64,000 nt of DNA, from positions 30,538,912 to 30,602,911 of the forward strand of contig NC_092675.1 in NCBI RefSeq assembly GCF_964355755.1, written 5' to 3'. This document shows positions 24,478-36,598 of the stretch, piece after piece. Each line of letters starts with the position of its first letter. Position 1 is the stretch's first letter. A program made the position numbers and the translations under genes. Under the pieces are notes generated by a model that saw only the letters and a list, made by a program, of their open reading frames with translations, ran no database searches and was not told the DNA's origin. Source of the DNA: Antedon mediterranea (taxonomy: Eukaryota > Animalia > Echinodermata).

Positions 24478-27400
24478 CTAACTAAGTTCAAAGCCTGCAT
24501 CAGACTCAATGGCATACACCAATTTCTCTCTCATTATTTCCTCAGACTTAAATTCTGGTAACTTAAGTAGGTTCATGCAAGTACTTGCAGTGGGAAGTCT
24601 TTCCTCAGCTCCTCCATAATGTACACAAAACTTTGGCACCAATTCCTGAAAAAAATTATATTCTATTAATATTTAAAAATTTGTTCATCATCAAAAAAAA
24701 AAATGCTGATAATAAACAATACTATGGTAATAATTTAGATGCAATATAACCTGCATAGATGCAATATAACCTGCATGGATGTAATATAACCTGCATGGAT
24801 GTAATATAACCTGCATGGATTCAATATAACCTGCATTGATGCAATATAACCTGCATGGATTCAATATAACCCGCATGGATGCAATATAACCTGCATGGAT
24901 GCAATATAACCTGCATAAAATGCAATATAACCTGCATAAAATGCAATATAACCTGCATGGATGCAATATAACCTGCATAAAATGCAATATAACCTGCATG
25001 GATGCAATATAACCTGCATAAAATGCAATATAACCTGCATGGATGCAATATAACCTGCATGGATGCAATATAACCTGCATGGATGCAATATAACCTGCAT
25101 GGATGCAATATAACCTGCATGGATGCAATATAACCTGCATGGATGCAATATAACCTGCATGGATGTTTAGTAATTGCATGTTTCTTATTTATTGCTTGTT
25201 TTGGACCAAATAAAAAGTAAGTTACACATCCAGGATTTTATTTATTTATTTTTGTACCACTGGATATTATGATCAGAATGATAGTTTAAAGTTCCAGCTG
25301 CCCTTTACACACCTTGCAACACTTGCCAAGCAGGTAATGTAAAGTTTGTGTTTTAAATGTTATCACTTTACCTTGAATCCAAGAAGAGGAGGGCGTGAAC
25401 AACTGGTGACAAACTTGAGTAAAGCGGACAGCTGTGCTTCTGTCAAACTACTCACTATTTTCCAAAAACTTACAATCACTGGATGCTCATTGTTATAACC
25501 ACCTAGAAAAACAAGTACATTAGCAATCACAGTAATATAAGCACTTCTTTTGGTATTAGCAGTTGAGGACGTTTGAGCCAACAATTACGTACAACCTGTT
25601 TTAGTCCATGATTAGGGCTTGATATTCACCATTTTATACTCATGATTTGAGTATAATTGCAATATTTACTTCAGATAATAAAGATAAGATGATAATTAAA
25701 AATGATTAAGTCTTATGCAAATTCAGAAGGATGAAATAAACTTTATCTTTATCAATGAATGAATGAATCATTTTTACTGGTACCGGACATACAGGTAAGA
25801 TTAAAGTGAGATTTCAGCAGCTACCTTGTACATGGTATGTACAGGTAAGATTAAAGTGAGACTTTAGCAGTTACCTTGTACATGGTATACTAAGACAAAA
25901 TACCATTGTCAAAAGGGTTTCCTGGTATAGCTAAATCAAACCCAAATTAAATAGTTTGAGATTGAATGTGTCTACAACATTGTAACATTGTAACATTAGG
26001 TAATGTTCAACTATGAACTAAGTAGCATACCAGAATAGTTTGTGTTATGTTTTAAGTCATCTATATCTATTGGTATTGAAGCACCAGATATGAGTACTTG
26101 TAGCTCATGATGATCAAACATCCTTAACCATTCCAAGTTAATTACCTCAGACATGCCTTCCCGGAACGCCATAATATGAGGCCGAATCTATGATAGGTCA
26201 CAAATGAAGGAAAAACATTTTGTGTAAAAACACTGCATTACAAACACTGGTAGAACTATTTCTAGATAGCCATGGGAAAATATGTGCAGCTACAGTATAT
26301 ATTCTAGTATAAGGTTATCATCTATATATAAATTTACGTAAGGGCGAAATTTGGTAAATCGTGCGTTATTTCTAGAATGTTTACTCGATGGTATATAAAG
26401 TTGGTTAGAATCTCGGTACTGATTTTAACCCTTACTAATTAAATTGAGTTAGATAATTAGTTATTGACAATTAAAACGAATTTAGGTTCAACGATTTGCC
26501 CCAAATAGGGGTGTTTTCCGATCGTGGTATACACTGTCTAATGGATGTCCTCTTGAAAAATACCTGCACACAATAATACGAGGCTGCTTTGCATTTTCCT
26601 ATCTCCTCCTATGATAATTGTTTTTAAGCTGAAAACCGATTGTTGTTTATGTATTGTATGTTTATCGTTGAGCGCATGCGTAGTTGTGATTTCAACCATC
26701 AAATATGAACCCGTATAAACAGTTTTTGTATATGGAAGATTAGACCAAGTTTAATTAAATTTATGGCAAGATACTGTATAAATTTGTTTTTTTTCTTTAT
26801 CTCTTGTCCAATTGCTTATAATAGTGTACACTAAGAGATAAAATCGTTGCACCCTGCTTGTTCTTACGAAATACGGGAAAAATCTACAAGACCAGAACGT
26901 AGATATTTCCCGTATTCCGTGAACAAGCAGGGTGTAACTAATAGTATATTCTTTGGAATGTGTACTTGTATTTAATGTGTAATAGCATTGTGTAATGGTC
27001 GTAAGTGCTAAGATACGTAATCTATGCAAAACCACAAACCAATACCAGACTATTAACACACCTTTGTGTATGTTAATAAACATTATTGAAAACATAACAA
27101 TTTATAGAAATAAGAGAGATATGTGTATGTGCACAAAATACACTTTCAACTTTTAAAAATTCAATCCAAAAAGTATCTTTTACCTTGAATTCCTTCCATT
27201 ATTTATATACTGTATGTTTTGTAGATAGTTACCTTATTGTAAGTGTGTGTGTAGGCCTACTAATGTAAATTACTGTGTTAGTTGTCTTTGAATTATATAT
27301 TATATTGATGTTAATATTCTCTTCTGAACCACTTTGGAAATCAATGCTTTAGCACTGATAGTGTCATTCAGTATAAAGACAGAATAAATAAAAAAAATGG

Positions 27401-30400
27401 CCAAGCACCAGAATCAGAGATTATTCAGTTTGTTACCTGTTTATTTAATCTGTAGTCGGCCATCTTGTATATGTAATCTAAGCGATTATTATTAGTTACA
27501 GCAATATCCTTCCCGCCTGCTATCAGTTCATGATTCTAAAAATAGAAAACAAATTTTCAGTTTGTTTATTTTAGTAAATAATGATAATGTTTAATAATAG
27601 GATTATTATCATTACAATACTAATACATTGAATTCATTCCAATAACATTTGCGAGGTTATTTAATATGATCTCCAGACTGTTGTTGTTTTATAATGAATG
27701 AGTCCAACGGGACAAATAATTAACTTCCCAAACATGCAGCCCACAGCCTAGCCTTGTGTCGCACATTCCCATTGCTCACTGTTAACACAAAATGAACAAT
27801 GCACTCTGAGAGTTTAATAGTATATGTCTATCGAACATCATGTGACCCACTATCATCCAATCAAATGATAAGAATCTATTCAAGTGTGTAATATAATAAA
27901 TGTTACTGTTACAGTTACTGCTAGTTAGATTATAATGTATAGCATGTTATTTCTTACCTGTGTTTCACCCATCTGACTATCAGTGACAACAAAGTTCAAG
28001 TAAAGAGATGACACGTCGCCATCGTAATCTCTCAGATACAATAGATTCCTACAAATATTAGTATAGGAATGCTTTAGGCGATTTCATAGAAGAAATACAA
28101 TATCTGCTCAAATGCTCCATGCAAGTTAAATGGAGTTTATTTATTTATTTATTTATCTATACAGTATATTAATTTGGAGACTCAATATCAACGTTTATTC
28201 ACAATTATAATATTCAATAGTATACCAAAAGAAGCAGGTGCTTGTCAGTTTGGTAACCACTTAAATGTACAGTACATACATGCCAGACAACATTCATAAA
28301 CAAAAAAAAATTATGTACGATGTGATGACTTAACACCTTGGAACTTACTTGTACATGAGTGGATCTAAGGAGGCAAGGTGATGAATATCAACATCACCGG
28401 TGTGACGAGTTAAAATCTTGGAAAGGAAGAAACTTGCAAATGGAATCTCCACTAACATATTTTCATACAGTGCCTAAAATAAGAATACAATTTAATCAAA
28501 TGTAGCATTATCTTCATGAAAGAATGAGGACTATACATATATATCAACAAAAAGGTAGTGAACTCAATCTCTCATCACTGTATTGTATTGCATACAGCTA
28601 CTGTATTGAGTGGCAAGAGCTTTAAACTGGCTTGCTTAACATAACCTACAGTACTGTAAAGGTGTCTACACTATCAAACCTTATGTGACAACAAAATGTG
28701 ATGTGCCCATATATAGACATGATGATGTCATATTACTACCATATTTGGGAATATCACTGCCATATTTGGGAACATCACACTTTTTTTGTCAAACTAGTTT
28801 GATAGTGTAGACAGAGCTTAAAGTTACTAGGGATACATTTTCAATTTTAACTTATAATGAAATTGATGATTCTGAAATCCTTAATGGTAGAAAATTCCAC
28901 AATCAAAATAAATAAGAAGTTGCATACCTTTCCCAACATTCTACCCATAAAATAGTAATGTTTCTTGTAGTCTTCATGCAGAAGCACTGCCTGTGCATTG
29001 GGATACAACATTTGGTCTGTTGTTGTTTTAAAGAATCCTCGATTTGGATCAAAAGCTGTCTTGAGTAGTTGTGCTAAGAATTCTCTGAATATACCACCAC
29101 CGTCAATCCCAGCTTCATTTAGGCCTTGAGCATTCCGAATCACAACACGCATTCTCTTCTTTAACGATGGTTCTATTAGAAGCAACGTTTTAAAAATTCA
29201 AATTGTGATCCATCATCAGTAATCAAACAAAAAGCTCTATCTACACTATCAAATTAGTTTGACAAAAAAAAGTGTGATGCACGCAAATATGGTAGTGATA
29301 TGCTCAAATATAGTTGTGATAATATGATGTCATCATATCCATAGGCACATCATAATCCGTTTTGGCACATAAAGTTTGACAGTGTGGACAGAGCTTAAGT
29401 TGGAGTACACAAAAATTAATGAAGTAGCATTGTTGTCAATGCCATAGCACTCTGATAATGATGATGACATCATAATCAGATTTACTTTTGTCCTTTTCAA
29501 ACTGGGGACAAACAGGGATAGTGCAAGTAAGTTTAGGAACTGAATAACTTGACTATTTTCGAACACTTCCAATGATACATTATATGTTTGTTTATGCTTA
29601 CCATGTTTATGGTGGCTTATATTGAGTAAATAAAAGAAAAAAAGAAAGTTCAGAGTGTATTAACGTTACCATTTTCTGGCCTCAGTCTGTCATAGGCATC
29701 TTCATAGATGAAATCTCTACGTATAGTAGTATCAATACTGTGTCCAGACAGGTAACGTGACATATCTCCTTGGAATTCGTTTTTATCTTGCTTGATTAAA
29801 TCATGTAATATCTACAATAAAAAAAAACAAAACAATATATTACAATGGAATTCAAATAGATATTTCAATGAGTAATTATGCTAATTCGTATGCTAATTAA
29901 TAGTCAAAGTACATACCAAGACTCGTTCAGTAAATGGAATCACAAAAGGAAGTTCAGCCAAGATTGTGAGTTTGCGAGCTTCTTGCACCGAGAGTGGCGG
30001 ACCGTCATCATCCATCGCCATGTGTGATTGGAGGAAACGAAGCCTACCAACGTTTGAATAATTTGCAATACGACTCTGCCGAGAAACACTCTGTCAAACA
30101 TTGATTTATTAGTACAGTAGATTAGTACAATTTGATTTGATATGTTCAGTTTAATTTGTAATAAAAACGCAAATTACAAAGAGGTGTCTATGTCCGAGAT
30201 GTCAGAGCTGGAACTCCGAACTTCAGTTTGGAAGTTTTTATTGTTTCAGTGACTTCAAATAAGCACATTATAATTATTACTAATAAATTATCATCTTCAA
30301 TAAGATAATGTGGTAATTTACACTTCATTTCAAATATAGCATCCTCTCTTAGGATTCAAAACATGCTTTTAAGACATTTTTTTAATAGTCCCAAAATATA

Positions 30401-33400
30401 CTAATTACTAGTTAATTAGGTAATTATTAGAAGACTATTAGAAGATCTTTAAGAATTGCAGGATACCTACCATAACCTTATCATCTAAAATATGTATATG
30501 CTTAGCAAGCCAGTGATCAGCAGGACAAAATGTCTTGCGTATATCTCTTGAATGTAACTGTTTAACTAAATGACTGGCCACCTGCAAGTAACAACAATGA
30601 GTAAACAATACCGTACTTAAGTACTTAGGCCCAGGGAAGAGTCACTCTTTCCTGGTTCTAGATAGTATGTTTGGTTCAATTTATAACAATTTTGAATGAG
30701 AATAATAATAGTTCATTCTTAGAGCACATATAAGCAAGCTCTCAATGCGCTGCACATTATTACCCCGGTCATTTTTTGGATCAAACACATATTGAAACAT
30801 ACTCCCATAATAAAGTAGCTAGTAATCAGTGCAAAGTTGTGTCTTGATCCATAGAGATATTATAGTGAACTATAATATCTCTATGCTTGATCTAACCGGT
30901 ACCCATTTTATACACCTGGGTGGAGGGAGGCAAATGTAATTCTAATCTATTAGCATTTAAAAAATAAAAATAAATGGCACCTTAAAAACATGCATCCATT
31001 GTGCCACTTGATCTGGTGCATAGCTGGTGTGTATTCTACCAATGCTAGCCATTGCTTTACTGTAGTTTTCCCCTAGGCCTACATGGCTTTCAGGTAGGGC
31101 TAACTCTATCATACCAAGACAGGCATCACGCAAGATCAAACTCATGTTGACAAGCTCTGGCAGGTTAAATGGCATCAGGCTATAGCCTACCAAATAATGA
31201 AGTAATCAAAATGGTAAATTAATAATAAAAATTAATAAAACAATAATAAAATTAGTGATTAAATGAAACATCTGGAATTTTTATGCGCAACACACACATT
31301 TTGTCAAAATAGTTTATAAACACCATACACACACAATGGTGTGCGTGCCAATGTCTGTCAACTCTGGTATTTTCTTGGCGATGTGAAAGGGATATCAGAC
31401 TTGTTTATTAAACAGATGCAATAAAAAACGTACAATTTAATAATGGAAATTTTAATAATTTTCTTTTTGTATGTTTTAGAGTGAGTTACTACATACCTGT
31501 CTGATTTGCATGGAATTCCTTATCATGAACTGATAGTAAAGCATGACCAAATAAGGAACAAAATACTGATAACATTGTAACAATTCTCTCAACATCTTCA
31601 AAACTCAACTTAATACCACGTGATAACAGCTGAATTAATGGTGTTGATGACCTTTTAAAGAAAATTAATAAAATACAAAATAAGTTAAGTCATGAGAACA
31701 TATTTTGAACAAATAATACAAGTAAGGAGTAAGCAAAGTAGTAGTAAAGCCCAGCGCACACTAGAGCTTTCGGTTGAGCAGGTATGCGCTGGTCTTAAGC
31801 AAACATGTGAACCACTAAACAGTTAACATTATGATATACCTACCCAATTGTTGATATTGCTGATAACGATACAAGACTGAACCACAACTGTCTCAGAAAT
31901 TTGGAATCTAAAGCTAGTTTATACAATAATCTGAGGAAATAACATCAGAATGTTATGTTACGACTTACAAGCTGTCATTTATATTTTAAAGATTTCAAAA
32001 AAATTGAATAGTGTTAATAAATAGAGTTAAAAGGTGATAATATTTTCATGATTTGAAAAAATAGCTGCCGTATTGTGGAGCATACATCTGTTCTAGCTTT
32101 ATATTTAATCATGTTGAAGGCAGCATTCAGAAATTCTGGATTCAGCGGGAGAACAACTGAGCATGCAATAGTGCCATAGTATCATGATGAATGGATAAAA
32201 TAATGCATGGCATGTGAAATCAACCAATCAAATGGCAAGGATACACTTTGTTATAAATAAACACCACATTAATTCTCAACTTACTTTGTTCTTGGTACAT
32301 GCTGCCGATGTCGGACTATAAGTTGATGACATAATACACATAGATCAGTAAGAAGTTGTATACTACCTTGTTCTCCGCTGATTTTAAGGATGCTTGCTAT
32401 GTGCTCCTCAGTATTTAATAAGTTCAAACATTTCTCTCTCAAAGCTGGTAAAGTGGTGAATCCACCAGTCTAAAAATAAATGAGTTATTATTTATGTATA
32501 CTTCATTTTGGTCTTTTTTTAAAATTTATAAAATAATCTTCTTCACAAAAATCTGAGCCTATTCACTTTTTTAAATTATAGCACTGTACATCATCTCTAT
32601 TCGGTATTTAAGGGGTTATATCTGATTTATTAGTATAACAATTTCAATTTGGTATTTATTGAATACCGGATATTATAGTATTTAGGGTGTAATTGCTGAT
32701 ACTATGTTGCTTTCATTTGAGTATTTAGAGGGTAATTGCCGACACCATTATGGTTGAGGTATATGTTGCTTTCATTTTAGTATTTAGAGGGCGATTGCCG
32801 ACACCATCATGGTTGAGGTATATGTTGCTTTCATTTTAGTATTTAGAGGGTGATTGCTAATACCATTATGGTAGAGGTATACGTTGCTTTCATTTTAGTA
32901 TTTAGAGGGTGATTGCTAATACCATTATGGTTGAAGTATATGTTGCTGTTTTAGTATTTGATGTAGTACACTATAACATCAATAAATAATTAGATATTAA
33001 CCTCCGTAATCATAAGCTCATCATCTGAATCATCATCCTCATCATTTGAGTATTTATCAGAAATGCTAGGCAGGCTGGGTAATAAAACTTTAATAATGTG
33101 TAAATAAGTTTGGAGTGACTTTGTATCAAGTTGACCTGAAAAGAAAAATGTAAAATACATAAGTTATCATTTTTATCAATTAATTAAAACATTTTTATTT
33201 ATTCTTCCTGTTCATATTTAATTTATGCAGAATAATATTTTTTTTGTAAATGAGTATGAAAATCAAGATTTATATAGCAATATGAGCAAGTTAGTAAAAT
33301 ATTAAGCTTTTTGGGGTTTAAAGCTCTGTCTACACTATCAAACTAGTTTGACAAAAAGAGTGATGGGCCCATATATGGTAGTGATATGCCCATATATGGT

Positions 33401-36400
33401 AGGGATATGCCCAAATATGGTAGGGATATGATGTCATTGTCACATCACATTTTTAGTCACGTGCAAACGCGACTCTACAGCTCACTATGTTGGTCCGTTG
33501 GTAAACACTAACACAAATTTGAGCATGCAACTGCAGCCATGTATATGGCCGGCCATGTTTTTTTCACAAAAGTTTGATGGTGTAGACAGAGCTTAAAGAC
33601 TCAAGATATGTTTATAAATAAAATACATGGTACATGCGCATAACTTACTGACAATTGGTTTTCCAAAAGACAGTATGGAATAGAGTAACCATGGTGATGT
33701 TTCAACCTCAATATGACTAGTGTGACATTCTTGATTCATGTCCATCAAATCAGTTGGCAGTAAAGATTCAAACAGCTCAACAACTGGAAACTCTGTTGAC
33801 TTGTCACATAATGCCGGCAAAATGAAATGTGCTATTTGTTCTGTGAAAGCGGGCCTCAGCAGGGAATTGCAAAGACTGAATAATGCCAACCTCCTGAACA
33901 TTGAAGAAATTAAACAATTAATTTTTATTTCATACGCATCCAACAGCGAGTAACTCGCCAATTACAGGATGGGTAAACTATTTTACAATTTATTGTGCTT
34001 AAAAAATACTCATTTGAGGCTTAGGGAGTGGAGTTGAAAAAGTTGTGAGTTACAACCCTGGCACTAGGTCAGGATAGAACCCTGGACCTTGTGATTGGAA
34101 GGCAAGCATGTTTAACCACCAAGCTACAGCTCCACTTCCTTGCATTAGTACTTGTTATATTCAAATGGTAAACATTATTTTCTGTTTGGGCTCATGCCTA
34201 ATAATTGTTTTGGTAAATTATATATTTTTTTTTTAAAAATGTAATGTTATTATTACGTAATAGAAACCGTTACAATCCATCCTTAATATTCATTTATCAA
34301 CTAAATAATAAATGTGTTGAATTTGTAAGTTTGTTTAAAAACACTTTAAATTAAATACCTAAAGGAAGTAGATCTACCAAGGTCAATATTGGAGTTCAAA
34401 GGTCGCATGATCATGTCAAAGATTGTGTTGGCTAACGGTGTCGGCGGATTGGCTGACGGCTCTATAACAGGTGGTACTCTACAATGTAATAGTTCTCGCA
34501 AATGCTCATAATAATCTGAAATTAAAAGTTTTGTTGTTTTAAATTCATGGGCACACCTGGTTTTCATGTTATAATTATTCAAATAAAATTCAAATATACT
34601 TACTATTCTTAATTAGATATTGGAAGATTTGACAGGTAAACAGTTTCATAAAATCTGAGGATGTGCGTTCAATCATGTCTGAAGTGCAGCCAACTGTAAC
34701 AGAACTAACTGTGTTTGCAGTCAAGCTAACCTCTTTAATATAAATATTCACATCAGTAAAAACCTCTAATATTCGAAGAGGCATAGCGACAGGCAACATT
34801 GAAAACTGCGGGTTACCTACATACCTATAAAATAGAATATTAGAAACTGTCTACAACAAAAGATTCAATAGATTAAAGCAATTCATTATATGATTGATCT
34901 ACTGGTTAATAAACAATATATATTATCACTTATTTTTGTACCATGAGTATTATCATACCGATATTAATATCTCTATGATATTATTATTACATTTCTGGAT
35001 TAGCTATCTGTAACATGGAGTACTTCACCATGTAGGTAATAATAATAATATCCTTGATTTGAACATTAATACCCCGGTCATTTTTGCATCAAACACGTAT
35101 GGAAACATACTCCCATAATGCAGCTAGTAATCAGCGGAAAGGTGTCTTGATCTAACTGTAGATAGTTAGAAATAAACAAATATACAGATGTATATTGAAT
35201 ACGGATTGGATACATTTTAGAACAAGTATTTCATTGTAAACATAATAACATAAATCATAATAAATAAGTCATGAGCTGCACCTTTAAGTCAATACTCAAA
35301 TTTCACATTTTCTGATATTTTTTGCAGCGCTATGAGCAATGACTGTTGGAATGGCGCTATATAAACCGAACGATTGATTGATAATAAATCATAATATAAA
35401 TCATTACCTGACACAAAGCAGCAGAAGTCTCTTAGTGTCAAATAGCCATGAATGATAATTGACTGCTAACAATTTGAAGTACACTGCTTGGTGCTTCAAC
35501 AAAATCTGACAAAATGCCACCTGTAAACAAATATAAGGTTTTATGTACAGTGAGTGTCATGTGTCATGTCATGTGTAGACTAAAGTCATGATATTACAAA
35601 AATATAGACATTTTATATACTATACATACATTTTTTTATACACTCAGTGTTAAATAAAGAACTTGGACTAAGTGGGTAGTCTGTCAGAAAAGTGCAAAGT
35701 CATTCCTTCAACTAACAAATGACATTTAAATATTAAACTTGCTGTTTGCAGACCTCCCAACTCTCTGGATAAAGAGTGAGTCATCTCCCTCTATAGTTTC
35801 ATAAAACCTCCCGATATTTCATTTTTCCAAGTTTGAAGGTCTGCGTTTGCGCTTACCAATCGATTGCCATCACATTTTTGTTTATAGAAGAAAAGCAGCT
35901 TCTTAAGAAGGAGCACCAAAGAATCACCATTGACATTTTTCTTTTGCAATTGACGAATACAAACATCAAACTGGCTACGAGCTTCTTGCCTTAGCTGATT
36001 GCGTCTTAAACAGCCACGTACAAATGACTGAATTTTTAAAGCACTCTGCACTTTTCGTCTTGATTCCTTTTATAGACAAAAAAAAAATACAAGATTCATT
36101 ATATTCTAGTTATATATAAAATAGAATTTCTTCTGAACTCAGCTTGAAGTTAGGCTATCCAATGTATTACTTTGTGTTGATTTCTTTCAACACTTTTATT
36201 ACCTCACGTCTCTTTCGTTCTTCATGGTTTCTTTGAAGGAGCGCCTCTTTTGCTTCCTGAAATAGCAAAGAAAAGTTGTTTGGGTTAAAAAGAATAATAA
36301 CTGTTTGTTTGGTTAATATAAAATCAACTACCAATTTCATTTTGGGATAGCTATTATATAGGCCGTTACCCAGGCGTTATTATGACAGTTAGGCTAGCTA

Positions 36401-36598
36401 CCTAGGCACCATAGCATAGCTGCGGCCGGAACGAACCTCGGCCGGAGTGATCTATCTGTGTGGTACAATATGCCTCTCTACTCTAGCCTAGCTAGTGGTG
36501 GTCCTAACAAAAAGAGAATAAAATACATGTACCTTTTTACTCGCTCCTCTTAACGAAACAATAGGTTTAGTCCTGAAGTCCCCATTGAATCCGTACAT
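24478..36598 (-). CDS. UBE3C: HECT E3 ubiquitin-protein ligase UBE3C (~22 exons)
   Basis: Starts [22 protein letters not shown] (ATG 36598); IQ motif IQSFVRG; HECT motifs [57 protein letters not shown], ends AGFELS* (stop 24480-24478). Confidence 0.95.
24737..25165. repeat. 19-20-bp minisatellite in last UBE3C intron
   Basis: ggatgcaatataacctgcat x~21. Confidence 0.95.
26321..26945 (+). mobile_element. Possible non-autonomous Helitron-like / hairpin-ended insertion in UBE3C intron
   Basis: A|TCTATATATA 5' end; long hairpin 26850-26934 followed by ...taatag|t. Confidence 0.35.
28663..28819. mobile_element. MITE (TIR ...TGTCTACACTATCAAAC)
   Basis: tgtctacactatcaaac ... gtttgatagtgtagacagagctt. 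Confidence 0.8.
29232..29396. mobile_element. MITE, same family, opposite orientation
   Basis: aagctctatctacactatcaaa ... tttgacagtgtggacagagctt. Confidence 0.8.
30720..30935. mobile_element. SINE-like dispersed repeat (second copy ~35060-35158)
   Basis: taccccggtcatttt..atcaaacac..aaacatactcccataat..gctagtaatcag..gtgtcttgatctaac shared between both loci; followed by ggtacccattttatacacctgggtggag. Confidence 0.6.
30850..30885. mobile_element. 36-bp palindrome with 7-bp TSD (putative P-element excision footprint)
   Basis: CTTGATC-[catagagatattatagt ga actataatatctctatg]-CTTGATC; paralogous repeat at ~35145 has the empty site (single cttgatc). Confidence 0.7.
32690..32960. repeat. ~67-bp tandem repeat (~4 copies)
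   Basis: tatgttgctttcattttagtatttagagggtgattgc..accattatggttgaggta units. Confidence 0.85.
33321..33594. mobile_element. MITE with nested second repeat
   Basis: TIRs aagctctgtctacactatcaaact ... agtttgatggtgtagacagagctt; internal ~33467-33550 matches 48440-48520. Confidence 0.8.
34010..34138 (-). mobile_element. tRNA-derived SINE head / tRNA pseudogene
   Basis: Minus strand GGAGCTGTAGCTTGGTGGTTAAACATGCTTGCCTTCCAATCACAAGGTCCAGGGTTCTATCCTGA: A- and B-box-like but no intact acceptor stem. Confidence 0.5.

Noticed and set aside
24691-25179. ORFs in UBE3C last intron
   Set aside because: Derived from the 20-bp minisatellite.
34070-34138. Functional tRNA-Gly gene
   Set aside because: Acceptor stem does not pair and it continues into repeat-like sequence; SINE head or pseudogene.
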